A stretch of DNA of 64,000 nt from Octopus sinensis (lineage: Eukaryota), in assembly GCF_006345805.1 (NCBI RefSeq), contig NC_043013.1:6014001-6078000 (forward strand), in the 5' to 3' direction. How positions within the stretch are numbered: the first letter of the stretch is position 1; every line of letters starts with the position of its first letter. This document shows positions 27,520 to 41,035 of the stretch, one piece after another. A program made the position numbers and the translations under genes. The notes beneath the pieces are model-generated. The model made no database searches. It saw nothing but the letters and a program-made list of their open reading frames with translations, and was not told where the DNA came from.

Positions 27520-27845
27520 TTTCATCGTTTAGCGTCCGCTTTCCATGCTAGCATGGGTTGGACGGGTCAACTGGGGTCTGTGAAGCTGGAAGGCTTCGTC
27601 AGGCCCAGTCAGATCTGGCAGTGTTTCTACGGCTGGATGCCCTTCCTAACGCCAACCACTCCGCGAGTGTAGTGGGTGCTTTTTACGTGCCACCTGCACA
27701 GGTGCCAGACAGAGCTGGCGAACGGCCACGAACGGATGGTGCTTTTACGTGTCACCGGCACGGGGCCAGGCGATGCTGGCAACGGCCACGAACGGATGGT
27801 GCTTTTACGTGTCACCGGCACGGGGCCAGGCGATGCTGGCAACAT
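27520..27845 (-). mobile_element. RTE-tail element with an exact 60-nt duplication (27721-27780, 27781-27840)
   Basis: Family tail plus two identical 60-nt units. Confidence 0.88.
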
Positions 27846-28277
27846 ATATTCATAATACATACAGCAGCGCATGTACACTTTTGCTCTCCTTATATCATCA
27901 TCATCATCATCATTGTTGATGTTTAACGTCCGCTTTCCATGCTGGCATGGGGTAGATTGTTTGACTTTCCTTCTCTTTTTCTTTAACACTTTTTTCAGAT
28001 ACAAACACACACACACACACGCTCTCTCTCACTTTCTCCCCATTCCTCACCCTCTTGTACTATCTTATATCTCTCTCCACCCCTACACACTCAATAATAC
28101 TATAAAAAGAGTCAAAATTCCTGCAAAAGTTCAATTTGAAAACTCCACTAGAGTGGACGAAAGCGCTAATATATGATATATGATGTATAAAAACATGTAA
28201 CATACTAATAAATATCTGTAAATATAAAACCATCCAGATTTCTGAATACCTCATTTCTTCTAATATATATATATTCT

Positions 28278-28331
28278 AACAAAAACTGTCTGATGAACGG
28301 CAACGAGAAACTCAGAGTAACAGATTTTGTT
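28278..28331 (+). ncRNA. Second hammerhead fold of the same repeat family (weakened stem II)
   Basis: AACAAAA-a-CTGT CTGATGA A-CG-GCAA-CG-A GAAA CTCAGA GTA ACAG-a-TTTTGTT. Confidence 0.6.
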
Positions 28332-28569
28332 GAGTTTTCTGCTGCTTTAAATAAAGTATACATATATATATATATACACTCTCTTTTACTTGCTTCAGTC
28401 ATTTGATTGTGGCCATGCTGGAGCACTGCCTTTAGTCGAGCAAATTGACTCCAGGACTTATTCTTTGTATGCCTAGCAAAAGACACTTGTGCAAAGTGTC
28501 ACGCAGTGGGACTTAACCCAGAACCATGTGGTCATGAAGCAAACTTCTTCCCACACATCCATGTCTGTG

Positions 28570-28610
<41 letters not shown>

Positions 28611-28660
28611 GTTTGTTTGTATGTATGTGTGTGTATATATATGTATGTATATATGTATAT

Positions 28661-28722
<62 letters not shown>

Positions 28723-29289
28723 TATGTGGTTAGGAAGTTGACTTCTGAATACCTGCTGCTTTTTGTTCTTTTACTAGCTTCAGCTCAAGGGCTGTGGCCA
28801 TGCTGGGGCATTGCCAACTTAAAATATATTCCTGGTTTCAAGCTTCCTGAGATTCGAACCTGGAATTGTCTGATCCATAGTCAGTTGTTTTGTCCATTGT
28901 GTCACAAGCCACGTATAACTCATTTCTGTGCATATATCTCAGTTGTAACAGAATTACTGTGCGTCTCTCTCTCTCTCTCTGCTTGCTGTAAGAGAAAGGC
29001 CAAAAGGATTGGTGACAGAAGAGGGTCTTGCTGTAACACACCACACTCGCATGAGAAAACCACTCGTAAAGCAATGATGTGGTGGTGGTGGTGGTAGGGT
29101 CACATGTGTATTTGTTGGAAACCGATGCCCACTTTTGTAGCCACTTGGATCTTCTTATGTCTGAACATTAGTTCTGGCGGCGAGAGCGGAAATCGTCGTC
29201 GTCATCATCATCATCATCCTTATCATTATCATCATCATTGGTAATAGGAATAACCTCTACTATATGTACTGAGTACTTTTACTCCAGTT

Positions 29290-29500
29290 TGCACATTCAC
29301 ACCCATCCATGCACACATACACACGTATATATAGATGTATGTCTATAAATATATATATATATATATATGTACGCACACACATGTATACATCTATATATAC
29401 AGATCTACATCTACAATATATGTATATATACATACACACATATACACAACTATATATATATAGATATGTATACACACATATGCACATCATACACATGCAT

Positions 29501-29561
<61 letters not shown>

Positions 29562-29751
29562 TGTATACATACATGTATATAGATGCATACAAACTTAAAC
29601 ATACATGTAAATGTCCTACATGTCTATAATATATATGACTGAACGTTGTTGAACCCTTGTGTGATTCTGTGTAACACTATGTGTCTATGTATGTATATAT
29701 GCATGTGTGTATATACATGTATGTGTGTATATATATATATTATATATATAT

Positions 29752-29784
<33 letters not shown>

Positions 29785-29830
29785 TTTTATATGTGTGTAT
29801 ACACACACACACCCATACACATGCTCTTGT
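29290..29830. repeat. Compound (TA)/(CA) microsatellite
   Basis: Direct reading. Confidence 0.95.
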
Positions 29831-30277
29831 ATATGTATATTGTCCTTTGAAATTAATGACACAGCTTAAGTTGCAGTGTTTTCTATTTTTATATTTCCTT
29901 CTGATATCTAATACTGTTTTCACCATTTATGAGCCATTGTTATTTCTGTCTCTCTTATTTATTCAAATATTCGTCTGGAATATTGGCAGATAGGCCTCTT
30001 ATATATCCCCATTCTCTTCTCCGTTGCCTAATTATGCTGCTTTTTAGCACTTTTATTTTTTAAAACATAATTCTCTCCTAAATCTCTCTTACTCATAACT
30101 TGTCAAACTACACTCACAAATCCACCAATTTTCATTTGAGATTTTCGTCACTCAAAACTTGCCTCATAAAATGTGTGTGAGAGGTTATATTAACCTCATA
30201 AAGGGATGGTTTCATCGAAGGAAATACTGGTTCTATACCTAGTATTTTAGGGGAATGAATTTCCTGAAAATAATAAG

Positions 30278-30333
<56 letters not shown>

Positions 30334-30344
30334 CATATATATAT

Positions 30345-30625
30345 ATCATCATCATCATCGTTTAACGTCCGTTCTCCATGCTAGCATGGGTTGGACGGTT
30401 CGACCGGGGATCTGTGAAGCCAGAAGGCTGCACCAGGCTCCGGTCTTATCTGGCAATGTTTCTACTGCTGGATGCCCTTCCTAACGCCAACCACTCCGTG
30501 AGTGTAGTGGGTGCTTTTTACGTGCCACCCGCACAGGTGCCAGGTGAGGCTGGCAACGGCCACGGTCGGATTGGTGCAACTTACGTGCCACTGGCACGGA
30601 AGCCAGTCGAGGCGGCGCTGGCATA
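30345..30625 (-). mobile_element. RTE-tail SINE/LINE 3' fragment
   Basis: Same family consensus blocks. Confidence 0.85.
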
Positions 30626-30785
30626 TATATATATATATACACACATATATGTAAAAACATATAGTTTATATTCATATAAAAGAAGGAAAAGAAAATGGAG
30701 ATTGGGAAGATGATAATTGTGTATTGTTAACAGCAAATTAATCCTCTTCATTTACAGCTGTTTCAGTTAATACTTAGGAAATATT

Positions 30786-31165
30786 AGGAGTGGCTGTGTG
30801 GTAAGTAGCTTGCTAACCAACCACATGGTTCCGGGTTCAGTCCCACTGCGTAGCATCTTGGGCAAGTGTCTTCTGCTATAGCCCCGGGCCGACCAATGCC
30901 TTGTGAGTGGATTTGGTAGACGGAAACTGAAAGAAGCCTGTCGTATATATGTATATATATATATGTATGTGTGTGTATATGTGTGTGTGTGTCTGTGTTT
31001 GTCCCCCTAGCATTGCTTGACAACCGATGCTAGTGTGTTTACGTCCCTGTCACTTAGCGGTTCGGCAAAAGAGACCGATAGAATAAGTCCTGGGGTCGAT
31101 TTGCTCGACTAAAGGTGGTGCTCCAGCATGGCCGCAGTCAAATGACTGAAACAAGTATAAAAGAT
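30786..31165 (+). mobile_element. SINE family A
   Basis: Family A head, core and tail. Confidence 0.9.
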
Positions 31166-31454
31166 AAAAAAAAAAAAAAGATTAAATTTATATTTATATG
31201 ACCTGAGCATAATATCTTCTGTCTATATAATGAATGCATAAATACATATAAAACATCCAAGGTTATATTTTTCCCCCCCTCTGAAGATATACTCACGTCA
31301 TATAAATATAAATCTAATTTTTACTTAATATTTACTGAGTATTAATTGAAACAGCTGTAAGGGAAGATGATAAATTTGCTGTTAATAATAGACGATTATT
31401 AACTTCTCAATCTTTTTCTTCTTTTACACACACACATATATATATATATATATA

Positions 31455-31709
31455 TCATCATCATCATCATCGTTTAACGTCCGTTCTCCATGCTAGCATG
31501 GGTTGGACGGTTCGACCGGGGATCTGGGAAGCCAGAAGGCTGCACCAGGCCTCAGATCTGGCAGTGTTTCTACAGCTGGATGCCCTTCCTAACGCCAACC
31601 ACTCCGTGAGTGTAGTGGGTGCTTTTTACGTGCCACCTGCACAGGTGCCAGGCGACACTGGCAACGGCCACGGTTGGATTGGTGTATTTTATACACCAAT
31701 CCGACCGTG

Positions 31710-31710
<1 letters not shown>
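31455..31710 (-). mobile_element. RTE-tail SINE/LINE 3' fragment
   Basis: Same family consensus blocks. Confidence 0.85.
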
Positions 31711-31747
<37 letters not shown>

Positions 31748-31984
31748 GACACACATATACGTATATATTGCTTGTTTCAGTCATTTCACTGTGACCCTGT
31801 TGAGGTACCACTTTGACTTGTTTGTTTTTTAAGCCTGTGACTTATTCTATCTGCCTCTTTTTGCCGAACTGCATAGTTATGGGGATATAAACACACCAAC
31901 ACTGGTTGTCAAGCAATGGCAGGGGAACAAACACAAACATACACATATACATATACAATGGGCTTACATATGCAGATGTGGAGG

Positions 31985-32230
31985 TGCGTGGCTTAGTGAT
32001 TAGGGTGTTGAACTCATGATCGTAAGGTTGTGGTTTCAATTCCTGGACCGGGTGATGCGTTGTGTTCTTGAGCAAAACACTTCATTTTCACATTACTCCA
32101 GTCCACTCAGCTGGCAAAAATGAGTAATCCTCCGATGGATTGGCGTCCCATCCAGATGGGGAATTTCTATGCCACTGAAACCGGGAAACCGGCCCTTATG
32201 AGCCTGGCATGGCTCAAGAAGGAACATATA
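31985..32230 (+). mobile_element. tRNA-derived SINE family E (also about 15630-15870)
   Basis: GTGGCTTAGTGATTAGGGTGTTG head, TGTGTTCTTGAGCAAAACAC, CTCCAGTCCACTCAGCTGGCAAAAATGAGT central domain. Confidence 0.75.
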
Positions 32231-33324
32231 CAGACAATGATACACACACACACACGATGGGCCTCTATCAGTTTCTGTCTACCAAATCCACTCACAGGGC
32301 TTCAGTTGGCCTAAGGCTATAAGAGAAGATACTTGCTCAAGGTGCCACTGAACCCAGATGAGACTGAACCCAGACCCATGTGGTTAGGATGTAACCTTCT
32401 GACTACACAGATGTGGCCGGTTTAAATGTTAAAAGATTAAGTGACAGCCGAGATTCAAGAAGAATGTAGAAAAGTTGTCAATGACTTTTGCTCTATAAGG
32501 GGTGAAGGACTTAAGTATTATGAATCGTTAGAACTTCAGACAAAATGCCTTGTAGTATTTATTCTAGCACTTTATGTTCTGCATTCAAATACCATCAAGA
32601 TCAGTTTTGCCTTTTATCCTTCCAGGATTGATAAAACAGTACCAGTTCAAATACTGGGGATTGATGATCTCGACTATAACTAACACTCTCCTTTCAAAAT
32701 TGCTGGGATTTTGCTTACATTAGAAACGGTTATTAAGTTAAAGTATTTCGTTGTTGGTCAAAACTCTTGCTGACCAAACATGGACATTGCTATGTTGGTA
32801 TGCCACTAAGTAGATATCCTGTTGACGTAAAGGTCCACTTATATATATGGTGACAAAAGCACATATACGTGTATGGATGTGTGTATGCATTGTAGTAATA
32901 TTCTTCATAATATTAAAACAATTGTTTTACTTCACGTCCAATGGCAGTTGCCATCTTTACTGAGTAAGACATATTTTTATTAATACCTTCTAACTGTATT
33001 CAGTTAGTTTACCAACTTCATTTTGATACAAAATACAAGTTGTGGTTCATTTTGTTTTTGCAGGCAGATGAGGAAGAACAATTAAGCTAAGATTTTATAT
33101 ATATATATATATATATATATGGATGTATGTGTGTGTATGAATACCTTGAAACAGCTGTAAGGGACTATGTTTGATTTTTGCTGATAATAAATCTTTATTA
33201 AATGCTATATCTCCATTTTCTTATTTTTAATATATTTATATATATGTGTGTGTGTGTCACATAAAAAGTGTCAGATGTGCTGTGCAAGAGAGATGACTGC
33301 GCTAGTATGGTCATATGTTGTGTA

Positions 33325-33460
33325 TGGATGAGGATAGCTGTGTGAGGAAGTGTCACACCCTAACAGTGGAGGGAACCTGTGGAAGGCATGGTATGGGGTG
33401 GTGAAGCACGACTTTCAAATGTTGGGCCTCACAGAGACAATGACAAGCGACCAAGACCTT
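33325..33460 (+). pseudogene. RTE LINE ORF C-terminal fragment
   Basis: DSCVRKCHTLTVEGTCG and WYGVVKHDFQMLGLTETMTSDQDL. Confidence 0.65.
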
Positions 33461-33848
33461 TACTCTTTACTCTTTTACTCTTTTCAGTCATTTGACTGTG
33501 GCCATGCTGGAGCACCGCCTTTAGTCGAGCAAATCGACCCCGGGACTTATTCTATGTAAGCCCAGTACTGATTCTATCGGTCTCTTTTGCCGAACCGCTA
33601 AGTGACGGGGACATAAACACACCAGCATCGGTTGTCAAGCAATGCTAGGGGGACAAACACAGACACACACATATATATATATACATATATTCGACAAGCT
33701 TCTTTCAGTTTCCGTCTACCAAATCCACTCACAAGGCATTGGTCGGCCTGGGGCTATAGCAGAAGACATTTGCCCAAGATGCCACGCAGTGGGACTGAAC
33801 CCGGAACCATGTGGTTGGTTAGCAAGCTACTTACCACACAGCCACTCC
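33461..33848 (-). mobile_element. SINE family A, full length, young
   Basis: CpGs retained; (TACTCTTT)n tail. Confidence 0.9.
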
Positions 33849-34502
33849 AGCGCCTTTGCAGATAACTTTCAAATAATATTTCAAAATATTGTCAAAGATC
33901 AGATATTTTTAGGTAAAGCTGGCTCAGATTACAGCTCATGGTCAGAAATGTCTAACTTGGAGTACTCAAGATTATGATCGTTTTAGTCACAATATAATTT
34001 TTATCGTTTGTTTTAGTCATTAGTCTACAGCCATACTGGAGCACTGTCTTGAAGAATTCTAGTCGAATAAATTGGCAGCAGTACTTATTTTTAATAAACC
34101 TGGTACTTATCCTATTCATCCTTTTTTTGGTTGAACTGCTGAGTTACAGGGATGTAAACAAACCAACATTGCCTGTCAAACAGGAGGAGACAAATGTGCA
34201 TGTGCGCACATATGCACACACACATGCACACATATCTGATAAGCTCCTTTCAGTTTCTGCCTACCAAATCGACTGACAAAGTGCTATGGTGTGGGACTTA
34301 ACCCAGAACCATGTGGTTGGGAAGCCAGCTTCTTACCACTATGATACTTTGGATTTTTGATTGACAAGGAAAACTCAGTTGCGAATATTCCGTGTGTCAT
34401 GTCTTTGTCTATATTTCCTGTCTCTTAAAATTTTCATCTAGTTTCCCGTTTGCTCTGCTTTCATCTGATATTTTCTCCTTGTTGTGTTCTATCTGTTCAA
34501 CC

Positions 34503-34545
<43 letters not shown>

Positions 34546-34705
34546 GGGGGGAGAACAACATTAAAGAATCTTCTACATTTACATATTGAGTTTTGTAAGT
34601 TATCACTTCTCATGAGATTTATATCAATATAATTTTTTTCTTCATCAATGTTTATTGTTCACTTTTCCATGCTGGCATGGATCAGACAGAATTTGTTGAG
34701 ACACA

Positions 34706-34940
34706 AGGCAGCGAGCTGGCAGAATCATCAGGACACCAGGAGAAATGCTTAGCGGTAGTTCATCTGTCTTTACGTTCTCAGTTCAAATTCCGCAGAGATC
34801 GACTTTGCCTTTCATCCTTTTGGGATTGATAAATTAAGTACCAGTTATGCACTGGGATTGATGTAATCGACTTAAACCCTTTGTCTGTCCTTGTTTGTCC
34901 CCTCTATGTTTAGCCCCTTGTGGGCAATAAAGAAATAAGA
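34706..34940 (+). mobile_element. SINE family B with a 13-bp target-site duplication
   Basis: AGAATTTGTTGAG at 34688-34700 and 34938-34950; inserted into an older RTE-tail repeat. Confidence 0.9.
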
Positions 34941-35796
34941 ATTTGTTGAGGCGCATTTTCTATGGTTGGATGCCCTTCCTGTCAACAACCTTTACCTGTT
35001 TCCAAGCAAGCTAATATTCCCCCATGGCCAAGTATATATTTTGTTTTACATGGGAGACTGGAATTGAATAACATTACTTGTATGTCTTTGATGCTCATTT
35101 ACAGCCATCATGTGATGTAAAAACAAGGGTACACACATCATCATCATCATAATTTAACGTCCGTTTTTCCATGCTGGCATGGGTTGGACAAACACACACA
35201 CACACATACAGTACATATATATGTATGTGTGTGTGTACACATACTGGCCATTTTTTTTTTAGTTTCTGTCCACCAAATGTACAAAACACTTGCCCAAGGT
35301 GCTGTCCCATGGGAATGAACCTGAAATCATGTGGTTTGCAAAGTGAGCTTCTTAATCATGCAGCCATGCTTACATCTTCTACTTGATGATATTTCTAATC
35401 TATAAACTTCTTTATCCAGGTATTCATTTTCTCTTACCTAATCCCTTCATTGTTAACATTGTGTAGCAGTGGTGTGCCCCTGGTGGTCATTTATCACAGG
35501 GGAGACAATCCCTTCTAGTTTAAGTTAGGTGAAATTGGAAGTTTGAATTTTAAGTCTGAGAAAGGTGCACAAATTATACACATTTAATATTTCTTTTTGA
35601 TACACTGTATAAAAGATCTTAGTATTTCCGGTGGCTGTGTGGTAAGAAGCTTGCTTCCCAACCACATGGTTCTAGGTTCAGTCCCACTGTGTGGCTCCTT
35701 GGGTAAGTGTCTTTTACTATAGCCTCAGGCTGACCAAAGCCTTGTGATTGAATTTTGTAGATGGAAACTGAAAGAAGCTCATTGTGTACGCATATG

Positions 35797-36109
35797 GCTA
35801 AAAATAGAAGAATAGCTGTCACGTCTTAAATTCACTCTACCTTCTTTGTTTAACCTTTTAGTCGTATTCTTGTTAAAATACACTGCATTTGTATCAATTA
35901 TTTTTGTAAATAATGGAGAAATTAGTAAAACAACTTTGTTATTAATCTGGTGTTTAAGAACATAACAGGAAACTTTGATGGCAGGCTTTAATTTAGATCA
36001 CTTAAAAACCCTTTTGTAACCATATTCGTGTTGAAATACATTGCCTTTGTTTCGGTTAATATTGAAAATAACAGAGAATTTACTAAAATAACTTTGTCAT
36101 TAAGCTGGT
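35797..36109 (+). repeat. About 313-bp near-identical direct duplicate of 44609-44922
   Basis: Both copies read GCTAAAAATAGAAGAATAGCTGTCAC...AACTTTGTCATTAAGCTGGT with only scattered differences. Confidence 0.9.
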
Positions 36110-37554
36110 TTGTTTATGTTCCTGTAACTTAGCAGTTCAGTAAAGAGACCAATAGAAAGAGTACCAAAATAAGGACTGGAGTCGATTCCTTTGACTAAAA
36201 CCTTTTGAGGTGGTGCTCCAGCATGGCCACAGTCGGATGACTGAAATAGGTAAAGAGATAACGGCATCAAGGATCAACGAGATGGAGGAAGTTAAACCAG
36301 GTAAGCATGATCGACAAACCAGAACCATGCTTCCACTGCCACCACCACCACCACCACCACCACCAACACCACCACCAACAGCAGCAGCAGCTGCTACAGG
36401 GGCATAGGCACCTCTAGCCTGCCCACAGTTGAGTGGTCATCTGTGAAGGAGCATCCGTCCAACCATGGAAAAGTCTAGTTGCTCCGATTCATATGCAAAT
36501 GATAGAAAAAAAGAGGGAAAAAATGGAATTATGGAAAAGGGGGAAGAAGTAAACTTTCTATTCTGTCCCCCTCACACCACCACCACCACCCCTCAGACCG
36601 AATGTAACATGAAAATTCTTTTATTTATTTATTTTTTATTATTATTATTATTATTAATTTTTTTTTTCTGCTTGTTCAGATGCTACATTCAGCATTACAG
36701 TTCAGTGGTTATCTTTTTAGAAGTAACATCACCTTGTAAATGAAAATGAAACAAAAAAAAAAAATCCCCCCCCAAAAAACAAGACAAAAACATCAAACAA
36801 ACAAAAAACAAACAGTAATTGCTTTGTTCACATATGTAAATGTCTATATTTACATATGCATCCAAGATAAAGCATTTATTAATCAAACCAGGAAGATATC
36901 AAGAAAAAAACGAAAAGAAAAAGATTTGGAAACAAGGGAATAAGAGAATTAGTTATATATTGGATAAAAAGTACCTTGTGGTATTTACCTCCATCCTTGT
37001 GTGTGTTCTCACTTCAAACCTTGCTGTGATTAACTTTGCCTTTCATCTTTTCAAGATTAACTCTTTTGTGGCTGTGTGGTTAAGAACCTTGCATTGCAAC
37101 CATGTGGTTTGGTGTTCAGTCCCACTGTGTGGTACCTTGGGAAAGTGCCTATTACTAAAGCCATGGTCTAATCAATGCCTTTTGAGTGAGTTTGATAGAT
37201 GGTAACTGTGTAGAAGCCCCCGATACAATAACTAAAAATGTGTTGTTATAGAAATAAGTTAAAACGGCAATTCAAAAATGAGGTACTTATTTGAAAAGTC
37301 ACCTGAGAAGATACATTTGAACCCATAGTGCATGATAATTGATTGTTCAACATCTCACCTGTTAGGTATGGGTGAATGATGAGTCGAAACGATTGTAGTG
37401 ATTTTGAATAAAGTCTTGTGAATTCCATTTTCTATCTCTTGTATTTTTTACATAAACTCTATGGATACAAAGAAATTTCCAAAGTAAATCCAGCAGCATA
37501 TGCATCCATACTGTTGTTGACATCAGATAGTCAAATACTGTGGAAGGGCTTTAA

Positions 37555-37774
37555 CCCTTTCATTACTGTATTTATTTTGAGATGCTCTGTGTTTCTTTCA
37601 ATTACTTTAAATATAACAAAGAGTTGAGTAAAATAACTTAGTATTCATTCAGCTAGTGTTAGGAACATAAATTGTGACTAAGGTTTGGTGGGAAATTTTA
37701 ATTCAAAACTTATGAAAACAAGACATTTGTACTCAGAGCCAGAGCTGGTTTCAACCGGTTTGGTACCAAAAGGG
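37555..37774. mobile_element. piggyBac-type MITE (TTAA target)
   Basis: TTAA|CCCTTT...AAAGGG|TTAA, 220 bp. Confidence 0.8.
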
Positions 37775-37805
37775 TTAAGGATTATTTTTCTATTATATAT
37801 TTTAA

Positions 37806-37998
37806 CCCTTTTGTTATCATATTTCTGTTGAGATGCTCTGTGTTTCTTTCAATTAATTATAAATATAACAAAGAATTTAGTAAAATAACTTAGCTATCAT
37901 TCAGTTAGTGTTAGGGAAATTTTAATTCAAAACTTATGAAAACAAGACATTTGTACTCAGAGCCAGAGCTGGTTTCAGCTGGGTTGGTAACGAAAGGG
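37806..37998. mobile_element. piggyBac-type MITE, second adjacent copy
   Basis: TTAA|CCCTTT...AAAGGG|TTAA; internal sequence similar to 37555-37774. Confidence 0.8.
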
Positions 37999-38319
37999 TT
38001 AACAGCATACTACAAGGTGTTTACGTGATTATAAAACTATTACTGTGTGTGTGTGTGTGTGTGTGCATATTTCTCAGTGTGTTTGTCCTCCCGCTGTTTG
38101 AAAATTAGTGCTGGTTTGTGTCCACTTTGTAACTTTGCAGTTCAACAAAAAGGGACCAATAAAATTAGTGCAAGAGTTAAAATAAGTACTCAGGTCAGTT
38201 TGTTCAACTAAACCCTGCAAGGAAGTGACTCAACAGGGCTGTAATTCGATGACTTCGGGAATAAAATGGCTTCATTGGAAACTCACGTTGACAAAGTGAA
38301 TGTGAGTGGCATGGAGTGG

Positions 38320-38460
38320 ATAGATAGATAGATAGATAGACAGATAGGTAGATAGATAGATAGATAGATAGATAGACAGGTAGGTAGGTAGGTAGGTAGG
38401 TAGATAGATAGATATAGATAGATAGATAGATAGATAGATAGAGAGAGAGATGGCTAGATG
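38320..38460. repeat. (GATA)n/(GGTA)n tetranucleotide satellite
   Basis: Direct reading. Confidence 0.95.
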
Positions 38461-39073
38461 ATTAGGTAGGTAGCAAGGGTGGTTGATTAGTTGGTTGGTT
38501 GTGGGTGCCAGAAGCTAGATGGATAGGTAGTTATAGATGAGAAACGAAATTCTACTTGGTAAATGTAGGTGCCAGTGGCTATATAGATAGACAGGGAGTT
38601 GTGAGAAGTTTCTTTTGATTATAGAAACAAAGAGAATATTGTTTGGTGCTGGGGGGAAAAACATAATAATTGACCCATAACTAAAAATTGTGCTTTTGTA
38701 GCCAGGCAGCCAGGCATTGTGGCAATATATATATATACACACACATAAATATAAACACATACAAAACTATGATTTAATCAAGCACACACATACTGACATA
38801 CTAGTTTTTATTAATGTATGTATGTTTAAGTATGTGTGTGAGTATATTCATATATATATAGATATAATCCAGGCGATCAGCCCAGCAGCACTTTGTGTAT
38901 GTGTGTGTGTGCGTGTGTGTATGTATCTATCTCTCTTTCTCTCTCTCTCTCTATATATATATGAAGGAAAATTCTTCATTTAAAATTCAAGGAAGCCAGA
39001 TGTTCAAAGAGCTCTCAATACAAGTTCAAGATAACTGTAGAGCCAATAGTTATGGTTTTACATATTTAATGTT

Positions 39074-39169
<96 letters not shown>

Positions 39170-39874
39170 TTTAAACCTTCAAAAGTTATTGTGCTTTGTG
39201 TAAATCATATACCGATATATATGCATAAGTATATATGAATATGCATGGATAGATGTATGTGTTTATGTATCTGTATGTATGTGAGAGTGTATGCACTATA
39301 TATATATATATGTATATATATATGTGTTTGTGTGCGTGTGCATGTATGGAGTATGTCTGTAGCTATTGTGCTTTGTAACTTGTGTAAGTAACATTACACT
39401 TTGACTAACAACTGGCTCCACCGCCCTCTCACCGTTATTTAATTAGAGGAAAGTAAGGTATTCAGCCATAAATTCCATGTATAATAAAAAAAAGAACAAA
39501 AACAAAAAAAATCCCGAAAGAAAAACAAAACTACTTGTTCTTAGAATAATCAGGTTTCTAACAATGAACACTCCTACACATTCTGCTATGCCAAAATAAA
39601 TGTAATAATGATTACTACTACTACTACTGCTACTGCTGCTGCTGCTGCTAATAATAATAATAATAATGATAATAATAAACCTTTCTACTATAGACACAAG
39701 GCCTGAAATATTATACCAAACCAGCATTTGACCAATACTTATTTTATTGACCCCCCCCCCAAGAATGGAAGGCAAAGTCAACCTTGGCAGCATTTGAATT
39801 GGGAACATAAAGACAGAAAAAATGCTGCTAAACATTTTGTCTGCCATGCTAACAATTCTACCAGCTCACCATCA

Positions 39875-40240
39875 TCATCATCATCATCATCATCATCGTT
39901 TAATGTCCGTTCCCATGCTGGCATGGGCTGGATGGTTTGACTGGGAACTGGCAAGCCAAGAGGCTGCACCAGACTCCAATCTGGTCTGGCGAGGTTTATA
40001 CAGCTGGATGCCCTTCCTAATGCCAACCACTCTGAGAGTGTAGTGAGTGCTTTTTACATGCACTGGCACAGGAGCAAGTCAGGTGGCACTGACATCGGCC
40101 ATGTTCGGATGGTGCTTTTTACATGCCTCCGGCACAAGAGCCAGTTGGGGTAGGGGCACTGACATCGACCACATTTGGATGGTGCTTTTTACATGCCACC
40201 TGCACAGGGAACCAGTCAGGTGGCCCTGGCTGCAACCCAT
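39875..40240 (-). mobile_element. RTE-tail SINE/LINE 3' fragment (older, CpG-decayed)
   Basis: Same family blocks with CG to TG/CA changes. Confidence 0.8.
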
Positions 40241-40940
40241 GCAATAAAAATCCTTTCTACAATAGGCACAAGGCCTGACATTTAGGGAGAGAGCTAGTCA
40301 ATTACATCGACTCCAGTGTTCCACTGATATGCGTTTCATCAACCCTGAAAGGATGAAAGGCAAAGTTGACCTTGGCAGAATTTGAACTCGGAGCGCAAAG
40401 AAGGATTTTGCCTGGTATGCTAACAATTCTGCTAGCTCACCACCTTAATGATAATAATCCTTTCTACTAAAGGCACAATGCCTAAAATTTTGGGGTAGGG
40501 GCCTAGTCAATTACATTGATCCCAGTGCATAACTGGTACTTAATTTATCAACCCTGTAAAGATGAAAGGCATTTTGCCCAATGTGCTAACGATTCTGCCA
40601 GCTCACTGCTTTGCTTAAGAATGATAATAATAATAAGAATAAGAATAATAAAAGCACCCACTACACTCTCAAAGTGGTTGGTGTTAGGAAGGGCATCCAG
40701 CTGTAGAAACTCTGCCTGATCAAGATTGAAGCCTGGTGCAGCCATCTGGTTTGCCAGACCTCAGTCAAATCGTCCAACCCAAGCTAGCATGGAAAGCGGA
40801 CTTTAATGATGATGATGATGATGATGAATAACAACAAGAGTTCAATTCCAGGCAGTGACCTGAATAATAATAATAATAATAATAATAACAACATCAAAAA
40901 ATACCTTAGGAATGAGAATCCAGGTTCAAAATTTCCTCAA

Positions 40941-40986
40941 GACATCTGATGAAGGCTAGAGGGTATATCAGCCAAAATGTCGTGTT
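40941..40986 (+). ncRNA. Degenerate hammerhead fold of a second repeat family (GAAA mutated to AAAA)
   Basis: GACAT CTGATGA A GGCT-agagggtatatc-AGCC AAAAT GTC GTGTT. Stem I GACAT/GTGTT and stem II GGCT/AGCC pair, but the G12 equivalent is lost. Confidence 0.5.
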
Positions 40987-41035
40987 AATAACAAACAAGA
41001 TAAGGACAAATATCCGTCAAATGTAAATAATGTAT

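Noticed and set aside
32441-32683. 80-aa ORF MTAEIQEECRKVVNDF...
   Set aside because: The 3' half is a SINE; there are no supporting splice signals or recognisable homology.
36210-36407. Polyproline ORF
   Set aside because: A SINE tail plus (CAC)n/(CAG)n microsatellite; no credible splice acceptor.
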